Below, one piece after another: positions 39,179 to 49,784 of a DNA stretch of 64,000 nucleotides. The translations under genes and the position numbers were made by a program. The DNA comes from an uncultured Acidimicrobiales bacterium. GTDB lineage: Bacteria; Actinomycetota; Acidimicrobiia; Acidimicrobiales; UBA10347. The stretch is from assembly GCA_943788915.1 (NCBI GenBank), contig CALSSD010000010.1, positions 310,001 to 374,000 on the forward strand. Reading direction: 5' to 3'. How positions within the stretch are numbered: position 1 is the first letter of the stretch; every line of letters starts with the position of its first letter. The notes beneath the pieces were generated by a model. It saw nothing but the letters and a program-made list of their open reading frames with translations. It did not search any database and was not told where the DNA came from.

Positions 39179-40234
39179 CTAGGAGACGCTGGCGTCGATC
39201 CGATCGATCAGTTGCCAGCGCAGTGCGTGCTCGGCGTCGATCGTGGTGCCCGTCAGTGCTAACCACGCGGTGCGATGACGGCCACAACGTCGAGTGACGC
39301 TGACGGTGCCGCCAGCGCCGGGCACCAGACCGAACGCGATCTCAGGCAGCCGGAACGTGGCATCGGGATGGGCGATGATCGAGTTGGCGAAAGCGGGTAG
39401 TTCGATACCTGCACCAACACATGCACCGTGGACATGCACGCGGACTCGGTTGGCCACACGGTGCATGAGAGTCGGCAGGCTACGCACCATACGTACATGG
39501 TGACCCGCTGCAGGCGATGGTGTGGAACCAAACTCGTCAAGATCGCCGCCAGCGCAGAAGTTACTTCCAGCACCGACCAGGAGTGCACCATCGATCGACC
39601 GATCCAGGTCCACGAGTTCAAGCGCCTGGCACAGCTGATCACGCATTGCAACGTTCAATGCGTTACGCCTGGCTGGCCGTTGCAGAGTAATTGTGAGCAA
39701 CGATCCAGCGAGGTCAAGCGCAACAGCGTGCTCTTCAGGGTCGAAGTGGGTGTTGTTGTCGCGTCCGGCAAGCCACGTCTGGAACCGCTCGCTGGTCTGC
39801 AGCATGGCATAAGTCAGTGACTCGGCGTGCAGCGCCTGGCCAATCGGCAAATCATGGCTTACACGCAGGAGTTGAGCTAACGCTACCGACGCCAACGGGC
39901 TCGCTGTAATCGCTGCGGCGAGTTCCTCTAGACACGAATCAGTATTGGTGACATCCACCGCGGCTTCGGATGCCGTGCCGTCGCCAATCACCACATCGAA
40001 TGCGTCGACCAGCGGTGCGAAGACCGAGTCGAGATCATCATCGACAACCACAACGTTGACCCACGGAGCGTTGACGATCAGCTTGGCCAGCTCCTCGTCC
40101 TGGTTGTTCACGCGAAACGACCGCGGCACGCCGCGCATATCCACGGCAAGCAGCGGTAGTTCACTATCGCCAATGTCAGCGATAGTCGACCATTGTCTGG
40201 CTGTCGCCAGCGCCTGATCGACGGTTAGCAACAA
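39179..40234 (-). CDS. Enoyl-CoA hydratase/isomerase-family protein with N-terminal extension
   Basis: RPARRNALN, FCAGGDL, HGACVGAGIEL, LPEI.FGLVPGAGGT. Confidence 0.87.
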   Translation of the reverse strand: MLLTVDQALATARQWSTIADIGDSELPLLAVDMRGVPRSFRVNNQDEELAKLIVNAPWVNVVVVDDDLDSVFAPLVDAFDVVIGDGTASEAAVDVTNTDSCLEELAAAITASPLASVALAQLLRVSHDLPIGQALHAESLTYAMLQTSERFQTWLAGRDNNTHFDPEEHAVALDLAGSLLTITLQRPARRNALNVAMRDQLCQALELVDLDRSIDGALLVGAGSNFCAGGDLDEFGSTPSPAAGHHVRMVRSLPTLMHRVANRVRVHVHGACVGAGIELPAFANSIIAHPDATFRLPEIAFGLVPGAGGTVSVTRRCGRHRTAWLALTGTTIDAEHALRWQLIDRIDASVS

Positions 40235-40235
40235 G

Positions 40236-41723
40236 TCAGGACTCGTCGAGTTCGGCCCGCAAGACTCGACGCAACAGCTTGCCAGTGTCGTTGTACGGCA
40301 ACTCGTCGCGATAGATGACCGTGTCGGGTGAACGAGAGGAACGAAGCCGTTCGGCGACGAACGCCTTGAGTTCATCTTCGTTCGCTGAACCAACAATCAC
40401 AGCGCCGATGGTTTCACCCCACTGGTCATTCGGCACACCGATAACGGCAACGTCTCGAACGCCGGGATGCTCAAGCAGAACGTCTTCGATCTCACCGGGC
40501 GAAATATTCTCGCCGCCCCGAACGATGACGTCGTCGAGACGACCCGTGACGTACAGATATCCGTCGGCGTCCAGTTCGCCGCCATCATTGGTCGGGAACC
40601 AGCCATCGGGGGTGAGCTTGGAACCTTGCTGCAAGTACTCGCCTGCAACCTGCTCGCCGCGGACCCAAACTTCGCCGGGTGTGCCGGTGGCTACCTCGGC
40701 GCCCTCGTCATCGCGGATGGAGACCTCGAGTGTGGGCAACGGTTGGCCGACCGACGTCAGCCTGCGTTTTATCGCCGGGTCATGGCTTGTGTGTGCCTGG
40801 CGATGATCGTCGGGTCCGAGTAGCGAAATCGTGCTGCTGGTTTCGGTCAGGCCATAGGCGTTTACGAAACGGGTTTCAGGAAACAGGTTCAATGCGTGGT
40901 CGATCACGGGGAGCGGCATACGCCCGCCGCCATAGGAGAGAGCACGCAGACTTGGCAATTCGATCGACCGAGCCGCCATCCGCTCGACGATGCGAGCCAA
41001 CATGGTTGGCACCACCATGGCGTGGGTGACACCTTCGGTCGCAACCAGATCAATCCATGTGTCGGCGTCGAAGTTGGGAAGTTGCACGATTCGTCGGCCG
41101 GCGTAGACCGAACTCAGAATCGCTGCCAGACCAGCAATGTGATAGGGCGGCACAGAAACCAAGGTGGCTTCGTCTTCACCAGCGCCCATGAACTCGACGC
41201 TGCCTAGGATGTAACCAACCAGGTTCTTGTGGCGAAGTACTGCAGCCTTCGGAGCGCCCGTGGTGCCGCTGGTATACAGCAGCACCGCGATGTCCTCAGG
41301 GTCCATGGACCAGCTCATCGGCTCGAGTCCGTCGCCGGATGCGGTGTCGGCAAGGAACTGATCACGGTCGATGAGCGTGAGCCCTGGCACCGCTGCAAGT
41401 CGTGGCGCCTGGTCAGCCCCCGTCACGACCGACGCGGGCGTCGTCCGTTCTGCCAACGCCACCAAGTCGTTGTCGGCGAGTCGATAGTTCAATGGCACGA
41501 ACGGCTGGCCCGCATACGCAGCGCCAAAGAGAGCGACAGGCAGCGCTGGCGAGCTGATGTCGAGAAACGACACCCGCTCGCCACCTGCACCGGTAAAGGA
41601 GTTTCCGGCCCGCGATGCGCGGTCGAGTAACTCGGCGTAGGTCAGACCGCTGCCGATGGAGCCAAAAGCGGTGCGCTCACCAAAGCCGCTCACGGCCATG
41701 TCGAGCAGCGTCAAGATATTCAC
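40236..41723 (-). CDS. AMP-binding acyl-CoA synthetase
   Basis: YTSGTTGAPKA, NAYGLTET, GR.DD.I.RGGENI, TGKLLR. Confidence 0.93.
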   Translation of the reverse strand: MNILTLLDMAVSGFGERTAFGSIGSGLTYAELLDRASRAGNSFTGAGGERVSFLDISSPALPVALFGAAYAGQPFVPLNYRLADNDLVALAERTTPASVVTGADQAPRLAAVPGLTLIDRDQFLADTASGDGLEPMSWSMDPEDIAVLLYTSGTTGAPKAAVLRHKNLVGYILGSVEFMGAGEDEATLVSVPPYHIAGLAAILSSVYAGRRIVQLPNFDADTWIDLVATEGVTHAMVVPTMLARIVERMAARSIELPSLRALSYGGGRMPLPVIDHALNLFPETRFVNAYGLTETSSTISLLGPDDHRQAHTSHDPAIKRRLTSVGQPLPTLEVSIRDDEGAEVATGTPGEVWVRGEQVAGEYLQQGSKLTPDGWFPTNDGGELDADGYLYVTGRLDDVIVRGGENISPGEIEDVLLEHPGVRDVAVIGVPNDQWGETIGAVIVGSANEDELKAFVAERLRSSRSPDTVIYRDELPYNDTGKLLRRVLRAELDES

Positions 41724-41744
41724 AATGTCAGACCTATTCGGCGA

Positions 41745-42047
41745 TCAGTCGGAAGCGGGAAGCGGTTTGGCCTCTTTGAGCCCAAACGCCGTCTGGCCGA
41801 CACCAACAGATCCGTCGCCGGGTTTGGTGCACAGGACCTCGACGGTTCCGTCCTCGTCGCAGTAGCGCTTCCCGAGCATTGTGCCTTCGGTGAGCCCTTC
41901 CGCGGCGTTGGCCTCGCCAGCTTCGGCCCCGGGCGCGAGCATCGGCACACCGCCACAGGTCAGGTCGACGTCGCCGCTACCGGCAACAACAATCACTTCG
42001 GTTGAGCAGACAGCGCTGCTCAGCTTCAGCCCAGGTCGCAGTTCCAC
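41745..42047 (-). CDS. Small Cys-containing protein, first gene of the acyl-CoA operon
   Basis: SAVCSTEV, CGG.PM, GKRY, EVLCTKPG, KEAKPLPASD; AAGGAG RBS upstream. Confidence 0.8.
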   Translation of the reverse strand: MELRPGLKLSSAVCSTEVIVVAGSGDVDLTCGGVPMLAPGAEAGEANAAEGLTEGTMLGKRYCDEDGTVEVLCTKPGDGSVGVGQTAFGLKEAKPLPASD

Positions 42048-42256
42048 AGAATCTCCTTGAAGTCAGATGCGTACGGGCGAAATCTAGTCGAGTGTCGGCC
42101 GTCACTCGAAAACGAGGCCACGATCGGGGCAAGAAAGGTTGCCAGAGTGTCAGTGTTTGGCAGCAAGATGTCCCGCCAGCGACGCTGGTAGCAGCGGAAA
42201 TTTCGGCCTAACGATGGGAGAGAGATGGGAGGGATTGGCGGCTCGCAGCGCGGCAG

Positions 42257-42634
42257 TCAGCCACTGAAGTCGACAGGGCCCTCGCCAGTTGGTTCCGGCC
42301 CTGTCGCCAGGTGGATGATGCCTTCGGTCTCGGGCGTTCCGGGCACATCGGAGGTGCTCCAATGCAGGTACACCGGGGCCTCGTGGCGCAGCAGGTCAAG
42401 CCACACCGTGTAGTCCTCGGCCGGCAGGTGTGCCCGGACATCGTTTGGCGCCCCCATAGTGTGGAAACCACGTTCTTGTTCCCCGAACCGGTCAGCGAAG
42501 TAGATCTCGCTGCGATTCTCGTCGACCGCCCTGGTTCCGATCAGATTGTGCGACAGCACAATCAGCCGGTCAGCGCCAAGCTGGCCGAGGCGGCCGACGT
42601 GTGCGGTGTAGTTCGAAATAAGTGCGCTTGGCAT
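42257..42634 (-). CDS. Hypothetical protein
   Basis: AGGAG RBS before ATG 42634; DLLRHEAPVY and TGPEPTGEG segments. Confidence 0.7.
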   Translation of the reverse strand: MPSALISNYTAHVGRLGQLGADRLIVLSHNLIGTRAVDENRSEIYFADRFGEQERGFHTMGAPNDVRAHLPAEDYTVWLDLLRHEAPVYLHWSTSDVPGTPETEGIIHLATGPEPTGEGPVDFSG

Positions 42635-42684
42635 AAAATCTCCTGGATGGCTGCGGCGGTCAGAGGCTAACCACATCAAACCGT

Positions 42685-44127
42685 ATGAGCCAGTACCGTG
42701 CCCGGGTGCACGATCGTTTTGCTTCTCTTCTTGTTGTCTTAGTACTCCTCACGTCGAGTTGCAGCGCCTCGACGCAAATCCCGCTGCGCGACGTTACGGC
42801 ACCATCCGTCGCGGCTGAGGGCGACAGCACTGCCGACTCGACAATCGGCGCTGCACTCTCAAGCGAAGAGGTGTATCGAGAGATCGAGAAGTCGATTGTG
42901 TATGTCGAGGCACCCGATGGTTTGTCTTCGGGCAGCGGCTTTGTGATCGATGGCGGATGGATCGTGACCAACGCGCACGTGGTGGATCGTCACCAATCGA
43001 TGCAGATCGGCCGCAGCGATGGCAGCGGACTTGGCTTGGTACCAGTGCACGCAGTCGACTGGGTGTTCGACCTTGCGCTGATCGGACCGATCGACGATCT
43101 GTCGTTGCTTCCGATCGCTCGGGGCGAGTCTGCGAGTCTCTCGTTGGGCTCCCGGGTGTTGCTCGCAGGTTTTCCTGATGAGGACTCAGCAACGCCCACG
43201 CCGACACTCACCGAAGGCATCGTGAGTCGTCGCCGCTTCGTGGCCATCGGCGACTATCCCTTTGTGCAAGTTGATGCCACCATTGCCCCTGGTCAGAGCG
43301 GCGGTGCGCTGATCAACGGTCGAGGCGAACTCGTCGGTATCAGTGGGCTCGAGTTCGGCGAGGGTGAATTTGGTCTGGCGTTCGCGTCAGATCCCATGTG
43401 GCCTCGGGTCGAAGACATGATCGCTGTGGGAGGACTCGCGCTTCCCAGCGGTCCGCCATCCTTTGAGCTGACCGGGCAGGTCGGCCCCCTGCGCAATTTC
43501 AGCTTCACGCTCGAAGTCGAGGAATCCGGCTCGGTTGATGTGTTGGTCACATCGGTAGCCGATGTGTGGGTCGATCTGCAGACGCTCGGTGGGATCACCG
43601 TGGGGCAGGCCGCAGACTCGGTCGATCCATTCCGGAGTAGGAGCGAAGGTGATACCCAGTGGTACATCGATGATCTTGTCGAAGGCGGCGAAGAGATTCT
43701 GGCCACGCTGGATCCTGGGACCTATCAGGTCGTCATCGGGGGTTTCACCGACACCGTCACTGATGTCGAGATCACGTCTGTGAACCCGTTGCGGGTCTTC
43801 GCCGACGTCGAAGAGGGTCAAACGCTGCCGCCGAATCAGATTGTGGAGGGCGACTTCGATTGGCCACGCGATACGGACCAGTGGGAGTTGCCACTTACCG
43901 TTGGCCAGAGGGCCACCATTACTGCCGATGGCATTTCAGACACCGTGCTTGTTGTTCGCCTCGACGATGTTGTCATCGCAACAAGTGACGACGAAGGCCT
44001 CGGCCTGTTCGGAACAGGGTCACAAATCACCTTCACCGCTAGCGACACGGCTACCTACATGGTTGAAGTTGGCACCTTCGATCAGACGCGCTGGGGTTAT
44101 TTGCTTTGGGCTGACGTGGCTGGCTGA
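42685..44127 (+). CDS. Trypsin-like (S1C) serine protease lipoprotein with PPC-like C-terminal domains
   Basis: Lipobox LTSSC; SGSGF, VTNAHV, DLAL, PGQSGG triad motifs. Confidence 0.85.
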   Translation: MSQYRARVHDRFASLLVVLVLLTSSCSASTQIPLRDVTAPSVAAEGDSTADSTIGAALSSEEVYREIEKSIVYVEAPDGLSSGSGFVIDGGWIVTNAHVVDRHQSMQIGRSDGSGLGLVPVHAVDWVFDLALIGPIDDLSLLPIARGESASLSLGSRVLLAGFPDEDSATPTPTLTEGIVSRRRFVAIGDYPFVQVDATIAPGQSGGALINGRGELVGISGLEFGEGEFGLAFASDPMWPRVEDMIAVGGLALPSGPPSFELTGQVGPLRNFSFTLEVEESGSVDVLVTSVADVWVDLQTLGGITVGQAADSVDPFRSRSEGDTQWYIDDLVEGGEEILATLDPGTYQVVIGGFTDTVTDVEITSVNPLRVFADVEEGQTLPPNQIVEGDFDWPRDTDQWELPLTVGQRATITADGISDTVLVVRLDDVVIATSDDEGLGLFGTGSQITFTASDTATYMVEVGTFDQTRWGYLLWADVAG

Positions 44128-44734
44128 CGTGGCTGGGGCTGCGATGGCTACCCCGAGGTGTGTCAATTTTGGCTGTGTCATTTTGGCTTGGGTCGAGCGG
44201 TGCGTTCGCGAACCAACGGAGGTCGCCAGACTGCCGTCGCAGCACTTTTTCGTACAGCCCAGACGGGTCCGAAGACCACATGTCGCCGTCGTGAGATGCG
44301 ACCGTGAACCAGGCGCCGGCGCTCAGTTCAGTGTCGAGCTGATGTGCACCCCAACCGGCATAACCGCGAAAGATGCGTAGTCGATCGACATGTGCACCGG
44401 TGAGAGCAGGGTCGTTTTCGAGGTCGACCGTGACCAAATCGGTCCCTGGAACTGGTTCGACATCTTCGGGTTGGGTTCCTACGGCTCGCCCGACGCCAAT
44501 GAAGCCGTTCGTCTCGACCGGGCCGCCGGAAAACACCAATCCGGGAGTGGTCGCCAGGTCTCCCCAGCGGGGGAGCAGCTCCTCGACTGGCAGCTCGCTG
44601 GGCCGGTTGATGATCACGCCCAGAGCGCCGTCGGTGTCATGATGAAGCATGTAGATGACCGACTGTTCAAAGTTGCCATCACCAATCGCTGGCGTTGCGA
44701 TAAGAATCTTTCCTGCAGTGCTCTTGAGTGCCAT
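44051..44734 (-). CDS. YqgE/AlgH-family protein (native end probably near 44178)
   Basis: LIATP, NFEQSV, GALG.IINRP, GGPV, GYAGW..QL..E, P.DPS.N. Confidence 0.9.
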   Translation of the reverse strand: MALKSTAGKILIATPAIGDGNFEQSVIYMLHHDTDGALGVIINRPSELPVEELLPRWGDLATTPGLVFSGGPVETNGFIGVGRAVGTQPEDVEPVPGTDLVTVDLENDPALTGAHVDRLRIFRGYAGWGAHQLDTELSAGAWFTVASHDGDMWSSDPSGLYEKVLRRQSGDLRWFANAPLDPSQNDTAKIDTPRGSHRSPSHVSQPRQPKANNPSASDRRCQLQPCR

Positions 44735-44745
44735 AGGTCAGTGCG

Positions 44746-45873
44746 CTACGCAAGCTCGCCGATGACGAAATCGATGCAGCTTGTCAACGCCTGAATGTCG
44801 CTGGGCTCGATCGCTGGGAATGCGGCCAAGCGCAACTGGTTGCGCCCAAGCTTGCGGTAACTGTCGGTGCCAACGATGCCGTTTGCGCTCAACACCGACG
44901 CGACGGTGTCAGCATGCACAGCATCATCGAAGTCGATGGTTGCAACCACGCTGCTGCGCATCGAGAGGTCAGACACAAAAGGTGTCGCGAGCTCGTGGGC
45001 ATCGGCCCAGTCATAGATATGTGACGAGGATGTATCACACCGGCCGGCTGCGAATTCGAGCCCGCCGTTTTCGTTGAGCCACTCGACCATGTGCATGGTC
45101 ATGAAGATGGTCGCCAGCGCGGGCGTGTTGTACGTCTGTTTCTTTCGAGAATTATCGAGTGCGGTTTTCAGGTCGAGTCCGGCCGGGATCCAACGGCTGC
45201 TGTCCGCAATGGCCTCGATCCGAGCGCTTGCCGCAGGTGAAGCAAGCGCGATGAACAGGCCGCCATCGCTCGCAAAACACTTCTGGGGTGAGAAGTAGTA
45301 CAAGTCGGCCTGGTCAGGGGACCAGCGCAGGCCACCAGCCGCCGAGGTGGCATCAACACACATGAGTCCGCTGGCTCCCGCAGGACGGGCGACGTCCATG
45401 GCCACACCGGTCGAGGTCTCATTATGGGTGAAGCAGTAGGTGTCGATCGAGCTGTCGGCAACGAGCTCAGGATGGCTGCCGACCTCGGATTCGATCACCA
45501 TAGGGTCGCTCAGGTGAGGCGTCTTTTGGGCTGCGGTGGCGAACTTTGAGCCGAACTCGCCAAACGACAGGTGTTGGCTTTTCTGGTCGATGAAACCAAA
45601 GGTCAGCGAGTCCCACAAGATAGTTGCCCCACCGTTGCCGATGATGACGTCCCAGTCGGTGGGGAGCGAGAACAGCTGACGCATGCCATCTTGCATGCGT
45701 AGAACGACATCTTTGACGGCGTCTTTGCGATGGCTGGTGCCCATAAACGAGGTGCCAGTAGCGGCCAACGCGTCGACGGCCTCGGTCCGAACCTTGCTTG
45801 GGCCAGACCCGAATCGGCCATCGGTCGGCAGGAGGTTGGTAGGAATGGTGATATTCGGAATCGTGTCGCTCAC
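44746..45873 (-). CDS. serC: Phosphoserine aminotransferase (actinobacterial type)
   Basis: DGRFGSGPSKVR, GTSHR, HNETSTGV, DATS.AGG, PQKCFASDGG, YNTP, YRKLGRNQLR. Confidence 0.95.
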   Translation of the reverse strand: MSDTIPNITIPTNLLPTDGRFGSGPSKVRTEAVDALAATGTSFMGTSHRKDAVKDVVLRMQDGMRQLFSLPTDWDVIIGNGGATILWDSLTFGFIDQKSQHLSFGEFGSKFATAAQKTPHLSDPMVIESEVGSHPELVADSSIDTYCFTHNETSTGVAMDVARPAGASGLMCVDATSAAGGLRWSPDQADLYYFSPQKCFASDGGLFIALASPAASARIEAIADSSRWIPAGLDLKTALDNSRKKQTYNTPALATIFMTMHMVEWLNENGGLEFAAGRCDTSSSHIYDWADAHELATPFVSDLSMRSSVVATIDFDDAVHADTVASVLSANGIVGTDSYRKLGRNQLRLAAFPAIEPSDIQALTSCIDFVIGELA

Positions 45874-45994
45874 GATGAGAAGTGTGCCAGGGCAGGCCAC
45901 TGTTGCCCAGGACAAAGAGTTGACGATTCGTCACAGGCAGGAGAAACCTGGTTAAACGTTGGCTCTTCTGTAGGAACGCTGACACACTCAGTGG

Positions 45995-47194
45995 GTGACT
46001 TCTGAACTCTCTCGCCGTGTCGGCGCCATCGCTCCATCAGCCACGCTCGCAGTCAGCGCAAAGGCCAAAGCCCTGAAGGCCGAGGGCAAGCCTGTGATCG
46101 GATTCGGCGCAGGTGAGCCCGACTTCTCGACCCCAGCACACATCGTCGAGGCGGCGGTCGAAGCGTGCCGTGTCCCAGCGAACCATAAATACTCGCCAAC
46201 ACCGGGGCTGCCAGCGCTGCGGGCGGCAATTGTGGCGAAGACCAAACGTGACTCGGGTTATGAGATTACCGCCGACCAGGTTGTCGTTACGAACGGGGGC
46301 AAGCAGGCGGTCTACAACGCTCTCGCTGCGTTGCTCAACCCGGGCGACGAGATGCTGCTTCCGGCTCCTTACTGGACGACCTACCCCGAACCAGTCCGCC
46401 TGGCTGGGGCAACACCGGTTGAGCTGCAGACCTCGGCCGAGTCCGGCTTCCGGGTCACCGTTGAGCAGCTCGAAGCCGCTCGCACCGAAAACACCAAGGC
46501 GCTCATGTTTGTGTCGCCGTCAAACCCCACTGGAGCGGTGTATCGCAAGGAAGAGATCGAAGCGATTGGTCGTTGGGCTGTCGAACACGACATCTGGGTG
46601 TTGTGTGATGAGATCTATGAACACCTGGTGTACGGCGAGGCTGTGCACTATTCGATGCCGGTGCTGGTGCCTGAGCTTGCGGACCGCTGCATCATCTTGA
46701 ACGGCGTTGCCAAGACCTATGCGATGACCGGGTGGCGTGTTGGCTGGATCATTGGCCCAGTAGCCTTGGCCAAGGCCGCGTCGACCCTGCAGTCGCATCA
46801 GACCTCAAACGTGTGCAACGTGGCCCAGGCCGCAGCGCTGGCAGCGGTCAGCGGCTCCCTCGATGCTGTGCACGAAATGCATGCAGCGTTCGACCGTCGT
46901 CGTCAGACGATCCACACCATGCTCAATGAGATCTCAGGTGTGTCCTGTATTAACCCCGAAGGTGCCTTCTACGCGTTCCCTTCGTTCCACGATGTGCTCG
47001 GGCGCGAGATCGACGGTGTCACGCCAACGACAACCGCGGAACTGGCTGACCTCTTTCTTGAGAAGATCAATGTGGCCATCGTGCCGGGCGAAGCGTTTTC
47101 AGCCCCCGGCTATGGACGTATGTCCTACGCGCTGTCCGACGAGGATCTGATCGAGGGTGTCACCCGTATGGCCGACCTCCTCGGCCGCAAGTAG
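45995..47194 (+). CDS. aspC: Aspartate aminotransferase-like class I aminotransferase
   Basis: [38 protein letters not shown]. Confidence 0.88.
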   Translation: MTSELSRRVGAIAPSATLAVSAKAKALKAEGKPVIGFGAGEPDFSTPAHIVEAAVEACRVPANHKYSPTPGLPALRAAIVAKTKRDSGYEITADQVVVTNGGKQAVYNALAALLNPGDEMLLPAPYWTTYPEPVRLAGATPVELQTSAESGFRVTVEQLEAARTENTKALMFVSPSNPTGAVYRKEEIEAIGRWAVEHDIWVLCDEIYEHLVYGEAVHYSMPVLVPELADRCIILNGVAKTYAMTGWRVGWIIGPVALAKAASTLQSHQTSNVCNVAQAAALAAVSGSLDAVHEMHAAFDRRRQTIHTMLNEISGVSCINPEGAFYAFPSFHDVLGREIDGVTPTTTAELADLFLEKINVAIVPGEAFSAPGYGRMSYALSDEDLIEGVTRMADLLGRK

Positions 47195-47200
47195 GGACGA

Positions 47201-49126
47201 ATGTCAGACGCTGTCGAAGGCGAGCAGGGATACGGCAGCTGGCCGTCGCCCATCGAGGCAAAGGACCTTGTTGTTGGCGCCGCGGGCTTGAGCGAAGTCG
47301 TCACTGATGGCAACGATGTTTGGTTCAACGAGTCACGCCCGGAAGAAGGCGGTCGAGTCGCGATCATGCGATGGCGCAACGGTGAGATCACCGAGATTAC
47401 GGCGCCGGATGCCGACGTGCGTACCCGGGTCCACGAATACGGCGGTGGTGCCTGGTGGGCTGCCGATGGCACCCTCTGGTACGTCGACGACACCGATCAA
47501 CGCCTTCGCCGCCTCGACCCCGATGGCACTCTTACTCTCCTGACCCCCGAGCCAGACGAGCCGCGGGCCGTTCGATTTGCCGACGGCCGGGCCACGCCTG
47601 ATAAGGCCTGGTATGTCTGTGTCCGCGAGACACACGTCGCCGGCAGCCATGAACCCGTGAACGATTTGGTTGCCGTCGCTGGTGATGGATCCGGCAAGGT
47701 AGCCGTGCTCACGTCGGGCGCCGACTTCTATGGCTCGCCTCGGCTCTCGCCCGATGGTTCAAAGCTGGCGTGGGTGCAATGGAACCACCCGAACATGCCA
47801 TGGGACGCAACCGAGCTGTGGCTCGGTGAACGAGTCGACGGAGAACTGGCCGGAGCCCGTCAGGTCGGCGGACAACAAGAGCCTGCGGCCGTGGTCTTTC
47901 CGGGATTCACCGCCGACGGCCGTCTGTGGGCAGTGAGTGATCACCACGAATGGTGGAATCTGTATGAGTTCTCAGACCCGAATTCATCGCCTGTGCCGCT
48001 CCTCGAAGGCTCCTTCGAGATCGCCACACCCGGATGGGTGTTTGGTCTCTCTCGCTGGATCGAGATTGATGGGCAAGCAGTCGTGGCCCGAACAGACCCC
48101 GGCGGCGACACGTTGTTTGCGACATCCACGGGCGAAGAGTTAGATGCCTGGTCCGCAGTATCGGCGCTCGGACGACTCGGCGACGGCGTCGTCTTTATCG
48201 GGGCACGACACCACGGTGAACCCGAGCTCATGCGGTGGACACCGGGCTCAGAGCCACAGGTACTTCGAGCTGCTCGTGACCTGGGCCTCGACCCGTCGTT
48301 TCTGCCAGCACCTGAACACATCGTGTTCCCCACGACCGATGGCGAGGAAGCCCACGGCTGGTTCTACGCTCCGGCACATCCCCATGTCACGCCGCCCGCC
48401 GACGAACTTCCGCCGCTGCTGGTGTTGGCACATGGCGGGCCCACATCCCGGGCCCGTACCGAACTTCAGCTGAGCATCCGGTACTGGACGAGCCGAGGAT
48501 TCGCCGTGGTCGACGTGGACTATCGCGGAAGCACCGGTTACGGCCGGACCTATCGGCATGCACTGAATGGTCGTTGGGGCGTAGCCGATGTCGATGATTG
48601 TGTCGCTGCAGCACTCCATCTGGGTGATGAAGGACGTGTCGATAGCGCCCGAATCGTGATCAAAGGCGGTAGTGCCGGCGGGCTCACGGTGCTCGGAGCG
48701 CTCGCTGACAGCGATGTCTTCGCTGCTGGAGCGTCGCGTTATGGCGTGGCTGACCTGAGCGCACTTGCCAGAGACACTCATAAGTTCGAAGCGCGTTACT
48801 GCGACCGACTTGTTGCTCCGTGGCCCGAAGGCGAAGCGATCTATGCCGCCAGGTCGCCCATCAACCGCACCGAGTCGTTGGAGACCCCGATGATCGTGCT
48901 GCAGGGCGACGCGGACCCTGTCGTACCGAAGAACCAGAGTGATGCGGTTGTTGCCGCGCTGGCAGCTAATGGCGTGCCCCACGCCTACCTGGTCTTCCCC
49001 GGCGTGGCCCACGGGTTCCGGGATGCAGAGACTATTATCACCGCACTCGAGGCGGAGTTGTCCTTCTTCGGTCAGATACTTGGCATCGAACCGGCTGGAG
49101 ATCTGCCGGAGCTCACGCTTTCATGA
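47201..49126 (+). CDS. S9-family peptidase (acylaminoacyl-peptidase-like)
   Basis: YGSWPSPI, HGGPT, GGSAGG nucleophile, D.VV, HGFR. Confidence 0.92.
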   Translation: MSDAVEGEQGYGSWPSPIEAKDLVVGAAGLSEVVTDGNDVWFNESRPEEGGRVAIMRWRNGEITEITAPDADVRTRVHEYGGGAWWAADGTLWYVDDTDQRLRRLDPDGTLTLLTPEPDEPRAVRFADGRATPDKAWYVCVRETHVAGSHEPVNDLVAVAGDGSGKVAVLTSGADFYGSPRLSPDGSKLAWVQWNHPNMPWDATELWLGERVDGELAGARQVGGQQEPAAVVFPGFTADGRLWAVSDHHEWWNLYEFSDPNSSPVPLLEGSFEIATPGWVFGLSRWIEIDGQAVVARTDPGGDTLFATSTGEELDAWSAVSALGRLGDGVVFIGARHHGEPELMRWTPGSEPQVLRAARDLGLDPSFLPAPEHIVFPTTDGEEAHGWFYAPAHPHVTPPADELPPLLVLAHGGPTSRARTELQLSIRYWTSRGFAVVDVDYRGSTGYGRTYRHALNGRWGVADVDDCVAAALHLGDEGRVDSARIVIKGGSAGGLTVLGALADSDVFAAGASRYGVADLSALARDTHKFEARYCDRLVAPWPEGEAIYAARSPINRTESLETPMIVLQGDADPVVPKNQSDAVVAALAANGVPHAYLVFPGVAHGFRDAETIITALEAELSFFGQILGIEPAGDLPELTLS

Positions 49127-49782
49127 CCCCCACGACCAGAGCGCTCGTCTTCGACTTCGATGGCACAATTATTGACAGCGAAACACCGGTGTATGAATCG
49201 TGGGCCGAGACGTTTCGTTTCGCTGGAGCGGAGCCGATTCCGCTCGGCCGCTGGTTGCAAGACATTGGCAAGGCAGATGGACACGGGATCGACGTTCGAA
49301 GCGAGCTGTGTAACCAGATCGGGGTCGACGCCATCTCAGCCCAAGTCGAGACGTTCCGCAAGGACCTCTGCGATGAGATGTTGCACTCGTTGCCGCTGCG
49401 CAATGGCGTGGAGCATTGGATTCTTGCTGCAGCAGCGGCGGGGATTTCAATGGGTGTCGCGTCGAGTTCACCCACGAGTTGGGTCAGCGGCCATATCGAA
49501 CGGCTCGGCCTGGCTGATCGTTTCACCACGCTGAGCTGCGCGGATCCTGGTATTCCTGGTAAGCCCGATCCAACGGTGTATCTCACCGCATGCGAGTCAC
49601 TTGGCGTGGCGCCGAACGAAGCGCTGGCTATCGAAGATTCGACTCATGGTGTGGCAGCCGCAATCGCCGCTGGCATGCGATGTATCGCTGCACCAGGGCC
49701 GATTACCAAGACCATGGAATTCGGTCACGCATCCGTCCGCGTCGACTCGTTGAGCGAGCTCAATCCCGCAGACTGGCTCTAG
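49123..49782 (+). CDS. HAD-family phosphatase
   Basis: FDFDGT, ASSS, KPDP, EDS..G. Confidence 0.92.
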   Translation: MTPTTRALVFDFDGTIIDSETPVYESWAETFRFAGAEPIPLGRWLQDIGKADGHGIDVRSELCNQIGVDAISAQVETFRKDLCDEMLHSLPLRNGVEHWILAAAAAGISMGVASSSPTSWVSGHIERLGLADRFTTLSCADPGIPGKPDPTVYLTACESLGVAPNEALAIEDSTHGVAAAIAAGMRCIAAPGPITKTMEFGHASVRVDSLSELNPADWL

Positions 49783-49784
49783 CG

